Shown here piece by piece: positions 16,232 to 28,017 of a DNA stretch of 64,000 bases. The notes beneath the pieces were generated by a model. The model had not been told where the DNA came from, searched no databases, and saw only the letters and a list, made by a program, of their open reading frames with translations. The stretch is from an uncultured Alphaproteobacteria bacterium. GTDB taxonomy: Bacteria > Pseudomonadota > Alphaproteobacteria > HIMB59 > GCA-002718135. Within the stretch, counting starts at the first letter, position 1, and every line of letters starts with the position of its first letter. The stretch covers positions 12,083 to 76,082 of the forward strand of contig CABXSY010000002.1 in the NCBI GenBank assembly GCA_902514875.1. The letters run 5' to 3'. A program made the position numbers and the translations under genes.

Positions 16232-17055
16232 ATATTTATAATTAATAAATCTTCTCCAATTATAGGATATTTACCAAAATCTCTTTTTACAATTTTCTTT
16301 AATCTTGAAGCATTAAATCTTGTTGGAACAAAGTGTGTTAATACAAGTTCTTTACAATTTGATAATTTAGCAACTTTACCAACAAGATTACTTGGAGTGT
16401 GATACTCTTTAACATTATGTAATGTTTTTTTAGTTCTAAGTTTAGACGTTTTATTCATTTCATATTCTATAAAAACCTCATGAAGTAAAACATCTGAGTT
16501 TTGAGCATTTTGCATTAAACTCTCACACGGGCGTGTATCTCCACTAATTGTTAATTTTTTATTATTATTATAAAATGAAAAACCATATGCATATGGCACT
16601 GGCTTATGATCAACTTCAAAATATTTAATTTTCATATCATTTATTTTTATTGATCCATTTTTTTTAAATTCATAAACTTTATATTTAAGAGCATTTATTG
16701 ATTTTCTTTTTTCATAAAAAATTCTTAATTCACGTTCAATTTTCCACGCTGAAAATATTTTATCAACAAATTTCTTTGTTCCTTTTGGTCCATATATTTT
16801 CCATATTGTATCTCTTTCAGAGTGCCAAGAAGAAATGATGAGTTGATACAAATCTATAACATGATCGGTGTGTAAATGAGTAAGTAGTAAAGCGTCAATA
16901 TCAGCTGAAGAGTTTTTACTTTGATTTAATCTTTGCGTTACTCCAGAACCACAATCAATTAAAATTTTAGTTTTTTTTGTAGATACAAGATTTGATGAGC
17001 CACACCTTTTGTAATCAACTGAGGGGCATCCTGTTCCTAGAAGCGTTAGCTTCAT
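16228..17055 (-). CDS. MBL-fold metallo-hydrolase (RNase Z/BN-like)
   Basis: 275 aa with [19 protein letters not shown] and the HxHxDH motif as LTHLHTDHVIDL. Its start overlaps the rpoD stop by 1 nt. Confidence 0.8.
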   Translation of the reverse strand: MKLTLLGTGCPSVDYKRCGSSNLVSTKKTKILIDCGSGVTQRLNQSKNSSADIDALLLTHLHTDHVIDLYQLIISSWHSERDTIWKIYGPKGTKKFVDKIFSAWKIERELRIFYEKRKSINALKYKVYEFKKNGSIKINDMKIKYFEVDHKPVPYAYGFSFYNNNKKLTISGDTRPCESLMQNAQNSDVLLHEVFIEYEMNKTSKLRTKKTLHNVKEYHTPSNLVGKVAKLSNCKELVLTHFVPTRFNASRLKKIVKRDFGKYPIIGEDLLIINI

Positions 17056-19214
17056 TATTCATCTAAAAATGTTTTTAATTTCCTTGCTCTAGTTGGATGT
17101 TTTAATTTTCTTAATGCCTTAGCTTCAATTTGTCTTATTCTTTCTCTAGTAACACTAAATTGCTGACCAACTTCTTCAAGGGTATGATCACTATTCATAC
17201 CAATACCAAATCTCATTCTTAAAACTCTTTCTTCTCTTGGGGTTAAAGAAGATAATATTCTTGTTGTCGTATCTCGTAATGAACTTTTTACGGCGGCATC
17301 TATAGGTATTAGAGCATTTTTATCTTCAATAAAATCTCCCAAAGAGCTATCTTCTTCATCACCGACTGGGGTTTCTAAACTTATTGGTTCTTTAGCAATT
17401 TTTAAAACTTTTTTTACTTTATCTAATGGCATATGTAATCTTTCAGCTAATTCATTAGGTGTTGGTTCTCTTCCAATCTCTGACATTATTTGTCTTGTAG
17501 TTCTAACTATTTTATTAATAGTTTCTATCATATGAACTGGTATTCTAATTGTTCTTGCTTGATCGGCAATAGATCTTGTAATTGCTTGTCTAATCCACCA
17601 TGTGGCATATGTTGAGAATTTGTAACCTCTTCGATATTCAAATTTATCTACGGCTTTCATCAAGCCTATATTACCTTCTTGGATTAAATCTAAAAACTGA
17701 AGTCCTCTATTTGTATATTTTTTTGCTATCGAAATAACTAATCTTAAATTGGATTCTATCATTTCTTTTTTTGCTCTGTTTGCGGATCTTTCACCTTGTT
17801 GAACAGTGCCAACTATTCTTCTAAATTCAGATAAAGGTAGCTCAGAGGCAGATTGAATTTCTCGGATTTCTTCAATATTTTTATTAATTTCAATATGATT
17901 TCTGTTAATAAACTTCTCCCAATTTTTATCTTTTGTAGACAAAAGACTTTGTATCCAATTTTTTTCAAAGTTAAAATTTAAATATTGAGATACAAAATCC
18001 TCTCTTTTTACTCCAGCACTGGTTGCCATACGTAGCATTTTACCTTCGCGCAAAAGGAGTTTTTTATTTAATTCATATAATGCCTCCATAAGAGCTTCAA
18101 TTGTTGTAGAATTAAAATGCACAGCTTTCATAGCAGCAACCATTTCTTTTTGAATTTTTAAATACTTTTTTTCTAAGGTATTGTAGTTTTTTTCATTTTT
18201 TTTATCAGCATTTATTAACTCTTGGCTATGTTTTTGAAGCTTTTTAAATAACTTAGTTATATCATTAAAATCGTTTAGAACTTTAGGCTTAAGATTTTCT
18301 TCCATTGCTGCTAGAGAGACGTTTAAACTATCATCTTCGTCTTCCTGTTGCTGATCGCCGTCGCTATTAGCTTCATTATTATCTTCATCTTGATTTTTTT
18401 TCTTATCGTTATCTTTATTGTTATCCGCTCCATTCTCAATCAGCTTAAATGTATCATCAAGTTTTGAATCAGAAATATCTGACATGTCATATGTGGCTTC
18501 TAAATCCACTATGTCTCTTAACAACATTGTCCCATCTTTTATTGCATCTTTCCAATTTATTATTGATCTAATTGTCATTGGGCTTTCACAAATAGCTCCA
18601 ATCATCTTTTCTCTTCCAGCTTCTATTCTTTTGGCAATTGCAATCTCACCTTCACGGCTAAGAAGCTCTACTGCCCCCATATCTCTTAAATATAATCTTA
18701 CAGGATCATCAGTTTTTCCTGATTGTTTTTTTTCTTGATCTTCAGATCCTTCCTCAGATTTATTTGCTTGTTCCTTAGCTAATAAAATTAATTCTTGAGC
18801 TTCTTCTTCTGTGTATATTTTAATATTATTAGATTTAATAAAATTTTCAAATTTTTCTATATTTTCTTCAAGTCTTAGTTTTTTTGGAATTGCTTTCTCG
18901 ATTATTTTTTTTGTGTATATCCCGTCAACTTTGTGTTTATTTATTAATTTTGCAAAAATTTCTTTAATCTTATCTTCAAAACCCGAAATTGCTTTAGGTA
19001 TTTTTATATGTTTTTGTTCTTTTAAAGTGTTAAATTCAGATTTTTTAGAAACTTTTTTTTCAACTGTTTTTTTTGTTTTCTTAACAATTTTATGTTTAGA
19101 ATTTTTATTGGGTTTTGGTTTAGTACTTTTCTTTTTTAGATTCTTCTTAGGAGATAGTTTTTTTTTAGATAATTTTGTCTTTTTCTTAACTACTTTTTTT
19201 GTCTTTTTTGCCAT
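17055..19214 (-). CDS. rpoD: RNA polymerase sigma factor RpoD (sigma-70) with a lysine-rich N-terminal extension
   Basis: Region 2 is [27 protein letters not shown] and region 4.2 is [27 protein letters not shown]. It has the acidic non-conserved region. 29 of the first 60 residues are Lys. Confidence 0.95.
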   Translation of the reverse strand: MAKKTKKVVKKKTKLSKKKLSPKKNLKKKSTKPKPNKNSKHKIVKKTKKTVEKKVSKKSEFNTLKEQKHIKIPKAISGFEDKIKEIFAKLINKHKVDGIYTKKIIEKAIPKKLRLEENIEKFENFIKSNNIKIYTEEEAQELILLAKEQANKSEEGSEDQEKKQSGKTDDPVRLYLRDMGAVELLSREGEIAIAKRIEAGREKMIGAICESPMTIRSIINWKDAIKDGTMLLRDIVDLEATYDMSDISDSKLDDTFKLIENGADNNKDNDKKKNQDEDNNEANSDGDQQQEDEDDSLNVSLAAMEENLKPKVLNDFNDITKLFKKLQKHSQELINADKKNEKNYNTLEKKYLKIQKEMVAAMKAVHFNSTTIEALMEALYELNKKLLLREGKMLRMATSAGVKREDFVSQYLNFNFEKNWIQSLLSTKDKNWEKFINRNHIEINKNIEEIREIQSASELPLSEFRRIVGTVQQGERSANRAKKEMIESNLRLVISIAKKYTNRGLQFLDLIQEGNIGLMKAVDKFEYRRGYKFSTYATWWIRQAITRSIADQARTIRIPVHMIETINKIVRTTRQIMSEIGREPTPNELAERLHMPLDKVKKVLKIAKEPISLETPVGDEEDSSLGDFIEDKNALIPIDAAVKSSLRDTTTRILSSLTPREERVLRMRFGIGMNSDHTLEEVGQQFSVTRERIRQIEAKALRKLKHPTRARKLKTFLDE

Positions 19215-19218
19215 AACT

Positions 19219-20970
19219 CTATTCTAAAATATCTTCATTATTATGAAGATTAAAACTGATATTTTTTAATTCATCCCATGTCATTGATGATGGATTACTA
19301 TCTATATCAATTAGGCTTTTATTTATTTTTTTCAAATTTGAAAGTCTTGTATTTAGATTATTTATAGATTCATTAATCTCACTTAGGGCATCTTCTTCAT
19401 CATAATCCTTGCTAGCATAAGGAAAAAGTTGAAAAATACTGCTATCCCTTGATTTTTGATAAATTTCAGAGAAGATTTTGGAAAAATTGTCTGTATTAAT
19501 ATCATCTATACCAACCTCAACAAGATCTGTTTTGTGAATAAAATTTAAAAATTCAGTCTGATATTCATTTAATAAGTCTGATTTTGATAAGAATGAATAT
19601 ATTTGATTTCTTAATTTTATGTGATTTAAGTAAGCAGTTATAAAAGAATATATTTGTTTATCTTTCAAAGAGTTTTTTTTAGGAATGATATTTATGGTAT
19701 TTATTTTATTAGAAAATGATTTTAATTTTTTAAAAAATAAAGCCTTAAATTCATTTTTGTAAAAATATCTTATTTTGGTATCTTTTATATTATTTACTAA
19801 TTCATCAATATAATTATCGAAAATAACCTTATTATCTGATTTTGTAAGATCGATTGATTTTGAAGATTCCTGAAATATAAAATCTACTATTGAAAGTGGT
19901 TTTTTTAAAAATGTTGCAAATTTGTTTAAAGAAAATTTATTGATATAAGTATCTGGGTCATATTCATTTGGAAGGATAATAAATTGTAATAATTTTGATG
20001 GAGTTAAATAAGGTAAAGACATTACAGCACTTTTAAAAGAAGCTTTTAAACCTGAAGCATCTCCATCGAACATCAACGTTGGTTTGTTTACATATTTCCA
20101 TGATAGTTGAAGATGACTATCAGTTAAAGAGGTTCCAAGTGGTGCAACAGCTGTTTTAATATTTTTATCATACAGGCTGATTACATCCATGTATCCTTCA
20201 CAAATTAACATATTTTTTTTTAACCTTATATTTTGTTTAACATTATACAGGTTATATAAAATATTCCTTTTTTTAAAAAAATTGCTCTCAGGTGAATTAA
20301 TATATTTTGGATTTGAGTTATCTAAAACTCTTCCACCAAAACCAACGATCTTTCCAGTTTCATTTATAATTGGAAACATAAGTCTATTGTAAAAAAAATC
20401 ACGTATCCTATTATTTTTATCTAGTTTTACTACATTACTTTCAAGAAGTTCTTTATCTTCAAAATCTTGTTCTTTTAGAAATTGATAAAGAGTTTGTTTT
20501 GAACTAGAAGAAAATCCTAACTTAAAAAATTTAATACTCTCGTCTGATAAATTTCTTTTATTTAAATATTTTTGACAATCTTTATTTACCTCTAGATTAT
20601 CTTGAAACCATTTTGTTGAAGTTTCTAAAATTTTATAAATTCTATCATTTTTTTTATTAATATTTGAATCAAAATTATCAACTATTCTAATACCAACTCT
20701 TTGAGCTAATTCTTTTACTGCTTCAGGGAATGAAAAATTATAAAGCTCTGTATATATTGTAAATATATCTCCTTTAGCTCCACATCCAAAACAGTAATAA
20801 GAACCTAAATCATCATTTATCTTGCAAGATGGAGTTTTTTCATCATGAAATGGACAACAACACCAACTATCTTTTCCTTTTTTTATGACTTTTGTTTTTT
20901 TTTCTATTTCTTGTGAAAGAAGAATTTTTGATTTTATTAATTCAAGATCATTTTTAGAAAATGACATCAA
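19219..20970 (-). CDS. dnaG: DNA primase DnaG
   Basis: Zinc finger [32 protein letters not shown] and a TOPRIM region ([19 protein letters not shown]). Confidence 0.93.
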   Translation of the reverse strand: MMSFSKNDLELIKSKILLSQEIEKKTKVIKKGKDSWCCCPFHDEKTPSCKINDDLGSYYCFGCGAKGDIFTIYTELYNFSFPEAVKELAQRVGIRIVDNFDSNINKKNDRIYKILETSTKWFQDNLEVNKDCQKYLNKRNLSDESIKFFKLGFSSSSKQTLYQFLKEQDFEDKELLESNVVKLDKNNRIRDFFYNRLMFPIINETGKIVGFGGRVLDNSNPKYINSPESNFFKKRNILYNLYNVKQNIRLKKNMLICEGYMDVISLYDKNIKTAVAPLGTSLTDSHLQLSWKYVNKPTLMFDGDASGLKASFKSAVMSLPYLTPSKLLQFIILPNEYDPDTYINKFSLNKFATFLKKPLSIVDFIFQESSKSIDLTKSDNKVIFDNYIDELVNNIKDTKIRYFYKNEFKALFFKKLKSFSNKINTINIIPKKNSLKDKQIYSFITAYLNHIKLRNQIYSFLSKSDLLNEYQTEFLNFIHKTDLVEVGIDDINTDNFSKIFSEIYQKSRDSSIFQLFPYASKDYDEEDALSEINESINNLNTRLSNLKKINKSLIDIDSNPSSMTWDELKNISFNLHNNEDILE

Positions 20971-21422
20971 TTACCCAGTAAAGATTTAGCTATTTTTCCT
21001 ACCAAACCCATATCAATTTTACCAGTATAGTTTTCCTTAATTATTTTCATAAGGGTACCCATTTCTTTTATTGATGTATAATTATTCTCTTGAATTATAT
21101 TCTTTATTATCAATGTTGTTTCTTCTTCATCCATTTGTTTTGGTAGAAACATTTCTATTACTTTGATTTCATTAAATTCTTTTTCAATAAGATCATTCCG
21201 ATTCGCTTTTTCAAAAGCTTCTATTGAATCTTTTCTTTGTTTTACTAAACTCTGAAGTAAACTTAAAATATCAGAATCGGTCAAAGCTTCTTGCTTACCT
21301 CTAAGAGAAATCTCCTTATCTTTAATTGCGCTCTTTATTAATCTTAAAGTATTGATGGAATTACTATCTTTTTCTTTGATAGAATTGTTATAATCACTTT
21401 CAATTTTATCCTTTAAGCTCAT
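20967..21422 (-). CDS. GatB/YqeY domain-containing protein
   Basis: 151 aa with a typical YqeY sequence (LRLIKSAIKDKEI..., KQRKDSIEAFEKANRNDLIEKE). It occupies the conserved position upstream of dnaG-rpoD in alphaproteobacteria. Confidence 0.85.
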   Translation of the reverse strand: MSLKDKIESDYNNSIKEKDSNSINTLRLIKSAIKDKEISLRGKQEALTDSDILSLLQSLVKQRKDSIEAFEKANRNDLIEKEFNEIKVIEMFLPKQMDEEETTLIIKNIIQENNYTSIKEMGTLMKIIKENYTGKIDMGLVGKIAKSLLGN

Positions 21423-21539
21423 AATTTTTCACTTTCTTATAAATTTAGTTTGATAATATAATTCTTCTTTTTAATTTCAACTAATCCTTGACTACATTGT
21501 TATAAATGCCTACTAACTATCATTTTGCTTCATCTAAAT

Positions 21540-22712
21540 ATAATGGAAGTTTTAAAAAAAGAACCACATATACACAATAAAACTGCAGCTCTTGTATTAG
21601 AAAATGGTGAAATTTTATGGGGTTATGGGTTAGGAGAGAAAAAGGCTGCCGTAGGTGAGCTTTGTTTTAATACCTCTCAAACAGGCTATCAAGAAGCATT
21701 ATCTGATCCCTCATATACAAAACAAATCATTACTTTTACTTTTCCACATGTTGGAATTGTTGGTACAAATCAAGAAGATCAAGAATCAAAAAAAATCTAC
21801 GCTGATGGTTGTGTAATAAATCAGCCATTATCAGCGTATTCAAATTGGAGAGCAGAAAATGACTTAAATTCATATTTTTTAAAAAACAAAATTCCATGTA
21901 TTTTTGGAATTGATACTAGATACTTAACTAAGAAATTATCTGTTGAGGGGGCTAAGAAGTCTGCAATTATTCACTTTGGAGAAGGTGAAAATAAAATTGA
22001 AAAACTTAAAACTCAAATAAATGAGTGGAAAGGTCTTCAAAATTTAGATTTGGCGGGAATAGTATCGACAGAGCAAAACTATAATTGGAAAAAAGGAATA
22101 TGGAAAAGTAATAAATTAATTAAAAACCAACTTAAATATAATGTCACTTGCTTAGACTTTGGTATCAAAAATAACATTTTAAGAAATCTAAATGAATATA
22201 ATCTTAACCCAACTGTATTAAACTTATCTTCTAGCTACGAAGAAATAATAGAAACTAATCCTTCAGGAATTTTTTTATCAAACGGCCCTGGTGATCCTTA
22301 TGCCACAGGTAGTAAAATAGTTGATGTGATTAAAAAATTAATTGATGATAATATTCCGATATTTGGAATATGTTTAGGGCATCAAATTTTAGGATTGGCA
22401 TTGAATGCAAAGACTAAAAAAATGTTTCAGGGTCACAGAGGTTCAAACCATCCTGTCAAAAATCTTACAACAGGCATTGTTGAAATTACTTCACAAAATC
22501 ATGGGTTTGAAGTTGATGGAAATAGTTTTGGCAAAGATATAATTGAAACGCATGTTTCACTATTTGACGGGACTAATGAAGGTTTGAGGCATAAGCATTC
22601 ACCGGTATTTAGTGTTCAGTATCATCCAGAGGCGTCCCCTGGTCCACATGATAGTCATTATTTGTTTGAAGAATTTTATAAACTTATTGAGAAAAATGCC
22701 AAAAAGAACTGA
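21540..22712 (+). CDS. carA: Carbamoyl-phosphate synthase small (glutaminase) subunit
   Basis: [17 protein letters not shown]...[21 protein letters not shown], catalytic GICLGHQ, and [14 protein letters not shown] place the start at ATG 21540; the ORF track starts 5 codons upstream at a TTG. Confidence 0.93.
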   Translation: MMEVLKKEPHIHNKTAALVLENGEILWGYGLGEKKAAVGELCFNTSQTGYQEALSDPSYTKQIITFTFPHVGIVGTNQEDQESKKIYADGCVINQPLSAYSNWRAENDLNSYFLKNKIPCIFGIDTRYLTKKLSVEGAKKSAIIHFGEGENKIEKLKTQINEWKGLQNLDLAGIVSTEQNYNWKKGIWKSNKLIKNQLKYNVTCLDFGIKNNILRNLNEYNLNPTVLNLSSSYEEIIETNPSGIFLSNGPGDPYATGSKIVDVIKKLIDDNIPIFGICLGHQILGLALNAKTKKMFQGHRGSNHPVKNLTTGIVEITSQNHGFEVDGNSFGKDIIETHVSLFDGTNEGLRHKHSPVFSVQYHPEASPGPHDSHYLFEEFYKLIEKNAKKN

Positions 22713-25700
22713 CATAAGTAAAATATTAATAGTAGGTGCAGGTCCTATAGTTATTGGTCAAGCTTGTGAATTTGATTACTCTGGTGCTCAGGCATGCAAG
22801 TCTCTCAAAGATGAAGGTTACAAAATTGTATTAATTAATTCAAATCCTGCAACAATAATGACTGATCCAGAATTAGCTGATCAAACTTATATTGAACCTA
22901 TAACTAAAGAATTTGTAGAAAAAATAATCGAAATCGAAAAACCAGATGCTCTTCTCCCAACTATGGGGGGGCAAACTGCTTTAAACGTTTCAATGGAACT
23001 TTTTAATAATCGTATACTTGAAAAACATGGAGTAAAAATGATTGGAGCTAATCCAACAGCAATAGAATTAGCTGAGGATAGGCAAAAATTTAAAGATGCC
23101 ATGAAAGAAATTGGTCTAAGCTGTCCTAAAAGTTACGTGGTTAATACTATTGAAGAGTCAAAAAGAGTAAAAAATGAATTAAATTTGCCTCTTGTCATAA
23201 GGCCAAGTTTTACACTTGGAGGTACTGGGGGTGGTGTTGCTTATGATGATGAGGGTTTTATTGATTTATGTAATAGGGGTTTAAATGCTAGCCCAACAAA
23301 TCAGATACTTATTGAAAAATCTGTTTCAGGTTGGAAAGAATTTGAGATGGAAGTCGTTAGAGATAATAAAGATAATTGCATTATTGTTTGCTCAATTGAA
23401 AATGTTGATCCAATGGGTGTTCATACTGGAGATAGCATTACAGTAGCTCCATCCTTAACATTAACTGATAAAGAATATCAAATTTTAAGGAATGCTAGCA
23501 TTAAGGTTCTCAGAAAAATAGGTGTCGATACTGGTGGCTCAAATGTTCAATTTGCAATAAATCCTGAAGATGGAGAAATTAATGTCATTGAAATGAATCC
23601 AAGAGTTAGTAGATCTTCTGCGTTGGCATCAAAAGCTACGGGTTTTCCAATAGCAAAAATTGCTGCAAAATTAGCCGTAGGTTATACTTTAGATGAACTT
23701 GAAAATGATATTACTACGACAACACCAGCGAGTTTTGAGCCAACTATTGATTATGTAGTAACTAAAATTCCAAGATTTACTTTTGAAAAATTTGTTGGAG
23801 CTAATTCTGACTTAACGACATCCATGAAATCAGTTGGTGAGGCAATGAGTGTAGGTAGATCTTTTAATGAATCAATCCAAAAGGGGTTTAATTCTCTTGA
23901 GTACGGTCTAACTGGTTTTGATAAACCAAAACTTAGCTCAAATGATAAAAATACAATTTTGAATGAACTTAAAATACAATCTTCGCAACGGTTGTTAGTT
24001 GTAGGTGAAGCTCTAAGGATTGGATTAACAGTTGATGAAATAAATCAAACTACAAAATATGATAAATGGTTTTTATATCAAATTAAAACAATAATTGATT
24101 TTGAAAAAATCTTAAAAGAAAAAGGCCTCAACAAAGATATAATACTATATGCTAAGAAAATGGGCTTCTCAGATAGTAAAATCTCATCAATATTAAATAT
24201 TAAAGAAAACGAATTAAGAAAATTTAGAAATAATAACGACATTAATCCTGTTTTCAGACTAGTGGATACATGTGCAGGTGAATTTAGTTCTAAAACTCCA
24301 TATCTTTATTCTACTTACGATTGGGATTTTGAAAATACTAAGTTCTGTGAAGCAAATCCTACATCAAAAGACAAAGTAATAATTCTTGGAGGTGGACCTA
24401 ATAGAATAGGTCAAGGCATTGAATTTGACTATTGCTGTGTACATGCTGTCTATGCATTGAAAGAAAAGGGCATTGAAACAATAATGATAAATTGTAACCC
24501 AGAAACTGTTTCAACTGACTATGATACTGCTGATAGACTTTATTTTGAACCACTTTCAGCTGAAAGTGTTATTGAAATTTACAATAAAGAAAAAAGTAAT
24601 GGAAATATTCTTGGTGTGCTAGTTCAATTTGGAGGCCAGACTCCTTTAAAAATTGCAAAAGGCTTAGAAGAAGCCGGAATAAAAGTTATAGGAACTTCAA
24701 CTGAAGCAATAGATTTAGCTGAAGATAGAGATAGATTCAGTGAAATATTAATGAAACTAAAAATTGCTCAACCAAAAAATGCTTTTGCAAATACAGTAGC
24801 TCAAACTTTAGAAAAAGCTGAAGAAATTGGATATCCTGTTTTAGTTAGACCCTCATATGTACTTGGAGGAAGAGCTATGCAAATCGCATATGATAAAGAA
24901 AATTTAGAATCATTTTCTAATGAAGCTCTTGAAGTCTCTTCCAATAATGTAATTTTAATTGATGAGTATCTTGAGAATGCGAAAGAAATAGATGTAGATA
25001 TAATTAGAGATAAAAATGGAGAAATATATGTAGCCGGGATTATGGAACACATAGAAGAGGCAGGAATTCACTCTGGAGATAGTGCCTGCTCATTACCCCC
25101 CTATTCAGTTAGCAAAGAAACTCAGAATAAAATTATTGAATGGGTATCAAAAATTGCCAATGAAATTAATGTTGTTGGATTAATGAATACTCAATTAGCA
25201 ATTAAAGATAAAAAAATATATGTTTTAGAAGTAAACCCAAGAGCCAGCAGGACTGTACCATTTGTAGCCAAATCAAAAGGTATTCCGATTGCAAAAATTG
25301 CAGCAAAAGTAATGGTCGGCGAAAATCTTAATACAATTTTGAATGATTATAAAATTAATGAATTAAAAAACTTTAATGTTAAAGAATCTGTTTTTCCCTT
25401 CAATAAATTTGATGGAGTGGATCTAATATTAGGTCCTGAAATGAAATCTACAGGAGAAGTTATGGGAATAGATGAAACTTTTTTATCTTCCTATATAAAA
25501 AGCCAGATAGCCTGTGGGAATATTCTTCCATCTAAAGGTACAGTATTTATCTCAATAGATAATGATAATAAAAAGTTCATTATTGAGATAGCGCAAAAGT
25601 TAAAAGAATTAGATTTTAATCTACTTGCAACTAAGGGAACCGCTAAATACTTAAATTCTAATAAAATCAAAACAAAAATAGTAAATAAAGTAAAAGAAGG

Positions 25701-25926
25701 TAATCCTCATGTAGTTGACTCATTAATTAATAATGAAATTCAGCTAGTAATTAATACAACAAAAACTCAATCATCAATTAGAGATAGCTATGGTATTAGA
25801 AGGACATCATTAATGTATAATATTCCATATTATACTACTATAGCTGGAGCAAAAGTTGCTGTAGATGCTATTGAACATATGAAAACTCAGGAATTCACAA
25901 TAAAAAGTCTTCAAACTATAAATTAA
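22696..25926 (+). CDS. carB: Carbamoyl-phosphate synthase large subunit
   Basis: [35 protein letters not shown]..., a duplicated ATP-grasp half, and a C-terminal MGS-like domain. The true start is ATG at 22696 (17-nt overlap with carA). The ORF-track N-terminal extension from 22612 lies inside carA. Confidence 0.95.
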   Translation: MPKRTDISKILIVGAGPIVIGQACEFDYSGAQACKSLKDEGYKIVLINSNPATIMTDPELADQTYIEPITKEFVEKIIEIEKPDALLPTMGGQTALNVSMELFNNRILEKHGVKMIGANPTAIELAEDRQKFKDAMKEIGLSCPKSYVVNTIEESKRVKNELNLPLVIRPSFTLGGTGGGVAYDDEGFIDLCNRGLNASPTNQILIEKSVSGWKEFEMEVVRDNKDNCIIVCSIENVDPMGVHTGDSITVAPSLTLTDKEYQILRNASIKVLRKIGVDTGGSNVQFAINPEDGEINVIEMNPRVSRSSALASKATGFPIAKIAAKLAVGYTLDELENDITTTTPASFEPTIDYVVTKIPRFTFEKFVGANSDLTTSMKSVGEAMSVGRSFNESIQKGFNSLEYGLTGFDKPKLSSNDKNTILNELKIQSSQRLLVVGEALRIGLTVDEINQTTKYDKWFLYQIKTIIDFEKILKEKGLNKDIILYAKKMGFSDSKISSILNIKENELRKFRNNNDINPVFRLVDTCAGEFSSKTPYLYSTYDWDFENTKFCEANPTSKDKVIILGGGPNRIGQGIEFDYCCVHAVYALKEKGIETIMINCNPETVSTDYDTADRLYFEPLSAESVIEIYNKEKSNGNILGVLVQFGGQTPLKIAKGLEEAGIKVIGTSTEAIDLAEDRDRFSEILMKLKIAQPKNAFANTVAQTLEKAEEIGYPVLVRPSYVLGGRAMQIAYDKENLESFSNEALEVSSNNVILIDEYLENAKEIDVDIIRDKNGEIYVAGIMEHIEEAGIHSGDSACSLPPYSVSKETQNKIIEWVSKIANEINVVGLMNTQLAIKDKKIYVLEVNPRASRTVPFVAKSKGIPIAKIAAKVMVGENLNTILNDYKINELKNFNVKESVFPFNKFDGVDLILGPEMKSTGEVMGIDETFLSSYIKSQIACGNILPSKGTVFISIDNDNKKFIIEIAQKLKELDFNLLATKGTAKYLNSNKIKTKIVNKVKEGNPHVVDSLINNEIQLVINTTKTQSSIRDSYGIRRTSLMYNIPYYTTIAGAKVAVDAIEHMKTQEFTIKSLQTIN

Positions 25927-25966
25927 TTTTATTGACTATAAAAAACAAATAAATCATCATGAGCTT

Positions 25967-26440
25967 ATGAATAAAATTCCTATGACCGCTGAGGGTTATA
26001 CAAAATTACAAGATGAATTAAAAAAATTAACCTCTGAAGATAGACCAAAAATTATTGAAGCAATTGCCGAGGCTAGAAGCCACGGTGATTTGTCTGAAAA
26101 TGCAGAATATCAATATGCTAAAGAACAACAAAGTTTAATTGAAGGAAGAATTATAGATTTAGAGAGTGCTATTAGTAAAGCAGAGGTAATAGATGTTAAA
26201 TCTGTTGAAGGTGACAATATTAAATTTGGTTCAACAGTTGAAATAGAAGATGATGAAAGTGGAGAAAAACAACAATATCAAATTGTTGGGGAATATGAAT
26301 CAGATATTGAAAATAAAAAACTTTCAATTACTAGCCCTTTAGCGAGAGGCTTAATTGGTAAAACAGTTGAAGATAATGTTGAAATCAATAGTCCAAAAGG
26401 TTTAAAAAGCTATACAATATTATCAATAAAATACATTTGA
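25967..26440 (+). CDS. greA: Transcription elongation factor GreA
   Basis: 157 aa with MTAEGYTKLQDELKKL, ARSHGDLSENAEY and SPLARGLIGK. Confidence 0.93.
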   Translation: MNKIPMTAEGYTKLQDELKKLTSEDRPKIIEAIAEARSHGDLSENAEYQYAKEQQSLIEGRIIDLESAISKAEVIDVKSVEGDNIKFGSTVEIEDDESGEKQQYQIVGEYESDIENKKLSITSPLARGLIGKTVEDNVEINSPKGLKSYTILSIKYI

Positions 26441-27390
26441 ATATAGACAATCCTAAAATTTGGTCATTAACTGATGGCTCACAAGGAATGATAAGTCAGA
26501 CTAAAGGTCTGGCAAATGAATTGAGTGTAAATATAAAAGAAATTAAAACTGAAATAATTTTTCCTTGGAATAAATTACAGCCTGGGATACTTCCTATTTT
26601 TAATTGGATATTTAAAAATAAATTACCAATAGATGAGATACCTGATTTAGTTATCAGTTGTGGAAGAAAAAGTGTTTACCTATCAATCTATCTTAAAAAA
26701 AAATATCCAAATATTATTAATATTCATATTCAAAACCCAAAAATTTCTTCAAAAAACTTTTCTTATGTTATTGCTCCAAATCATGATGGTTTATATGGTA
26801 AAAATATAATTAATTCTTCGGGTGCAATACATCATTTTAAACAATTTAATAATTTAAAAAATCATTATGAAATTATTACAAAAAATTTGATCACATGTAT
26901 TATTGGAGGTGAAAATAATCACTATAATTTCTCAAAAGAAAATACTTTAGATCTTTGTAAAAGAATAAAAAAATTAAAGTCTCATAATAATGAAATTTTA
27001 GTTCTTACCTCGAGAAGAACTAATAAAGAAATTAAGCATATTTTGAAAAAAGAATTGAGCACTATGTCTACATTATGGCTTGGAGAAGGAAAGAATCCAT
27101 ACGAATTTGCTATCTATAATTCCAATCATTTTATTATTACTTCTGACTCAACCTCTATGATTTCTGAAGCAAGTATATCTGGTAAGCCAATTTATGTTTA
27201 TCAATTACCAATGAAGAGAAAAAGCAAAAGATTTATAAGTTTCCATGAAGAATTTAAAAAAATGAGTATAACAAGAGATTTTAATACTTTAGATAAATTA
27301 GAAAATTGGACATATACGAAACTAGAGGAAAGTAAAAGAATTGCTGGAATTATAAAAAAAAGAATTATAGAAAGGAAAAATGAATCTTGA
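26437..27390 (+). CDS. ELM1-like protein (mitochondrial-fission ELM1 / DUF1022 family, GT-B-like)
   Basis: 317 aa from TTG (TTGA overlap with the greA stop). KIWSLTDGSQGMISQTKGLANEL and ...ITSDSTSMISEA match my recollection of the bacterial ELM1 family. No ATG is available upstream of the conserved N-terminus. Confidence 0.7.
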   Translation: MNIDNPKIWSLTDGSQGMISQTKGLANELSVNIKEIKTEIIFPWNKLQPGILPIFNWIFKNKLPIDEIPDLVISCGRKSVYLSIYLKKKYPNIINIHIQNPKISSKNFSYVIAPNHDGLYGKNIINSSGAIHHFKQFNNLKNHYEIITKNLITCIIGGENNHYNFSKENTLDLCKRIKKLKSHNNEILVLTSRRTNKEIKHILKKELSTMSTLWLGEGKNPYEFAIYNSNHFIITSDSTSMISEASISGKPIYVYQLPMKRKSKRFISFHEEFKKMSITRDFNTLDKLENWTYTKLEESKRIAGIIKKRIIERKNES

Positions 27391-28000
27391 GAACTTAACT
27401 CATGCAGATTTTCCATTTAATCACTGGGTATTTAGTAATTGTTTAGAAGAAGGCGCATTAGATGAAATTTCCTATAGTAATATTCCGTCAGGAGACAGAA
27501 AGTACGATGGGACAAGAGCTGCCGATCATACAGGACAGGGAGTTGATGGCAAATTAAGACTTTTTATAACAAAAAATAATTGTCAAAATTTTCCATATCT
27601 AACAAAATTAATTCAGTCTTTACAAAGCAAAGAAATGGTAAATAAAATATCTAAAATAATTGATAAAGATTTATCAAATTCATACGTCAGATTAGAAGTA
27701 ATTGGAGATAAAAAAGGATTTTGGTTAAAACCACATAAAGATATTTCAGAAAAGTTAATGACTATGATGGTTTGGGCGAACCCATATAATGAAGCGTCAA
27801 ATTTGGGTACCGACCTATATGATAAAAATTTTAATTTAGTTAAAACAATTAAATATGTTCATAATAGTGGTTATTTTTTTTCTTCAGGGGATGATACTTG
27901 GCATGGACTTGAATTAAAAGAAATTCAAAAAGAAAGAAGATGTATTCAATTAAATTATGTTACTTTTAATACAGACTGGCCAGTTGAAAAAAATGCTTAA
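27380..28000 (+). CDS. Putative 2OG-Fe(II) oxygenase-fold protein
   Basis: 206 aa. HxD appears in LKPHKDISEK and a distal His in DDTWHGLE. It overlaps the ELM1-like gene by 11 nt. The family assignment is tentative. Confidence 0.55.
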   Translation: MNLENLTHADFPFNHWVFSNCLEEGALDEISYSNIPSGDRKYDGTRAADHTGQGVDGKLRLFITKNNCQNFPYLTKLIQSLQSKEMVNKISKIIDKDLSNSYVRLEVIGDKKGFWLKPHKDISEKLMTMMVWANPYNEASNLGTDLYDKNFNLVKTIKYVHNSGYFFSSGDDTWHGLELKEIQKERRCIQLNYVTFNTDWPVEKNA

Positions 28001-28017
28001 ATTATTAATTTAAATAT

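Noticed and set aside
21488-21516. Sigma-70-like promoter guesses: TTGACT-N17-TACTAA upstream of carA, TTGACA at 13265-13270, TTGTCA elements at about 51622 and 29121, and TATAAT at 54752-54757.
   Set aside because: In DNA this AT-rich, -10-like hexamers occur everywhere. Spacing was non-canonical, or the -10 abutted the start codon. Without transcription-start data I do not report them as features.
22612-22695. N-terminal extensions proposed by the ORF track: carB from 22612, carA from TTG 21525, fba from 2833, ispA from TTG 31822, and the J-protein from TTG 54702.
   Set aside because: The homologous N-termini begin at downstream ATG/GTG codons (MPKRTD..., MEVLKK..., [10 protein letters not shown]..., MKLNT..., VGKHK...). 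The extensions lie inside neighbouring genes or add non-homologous residues.
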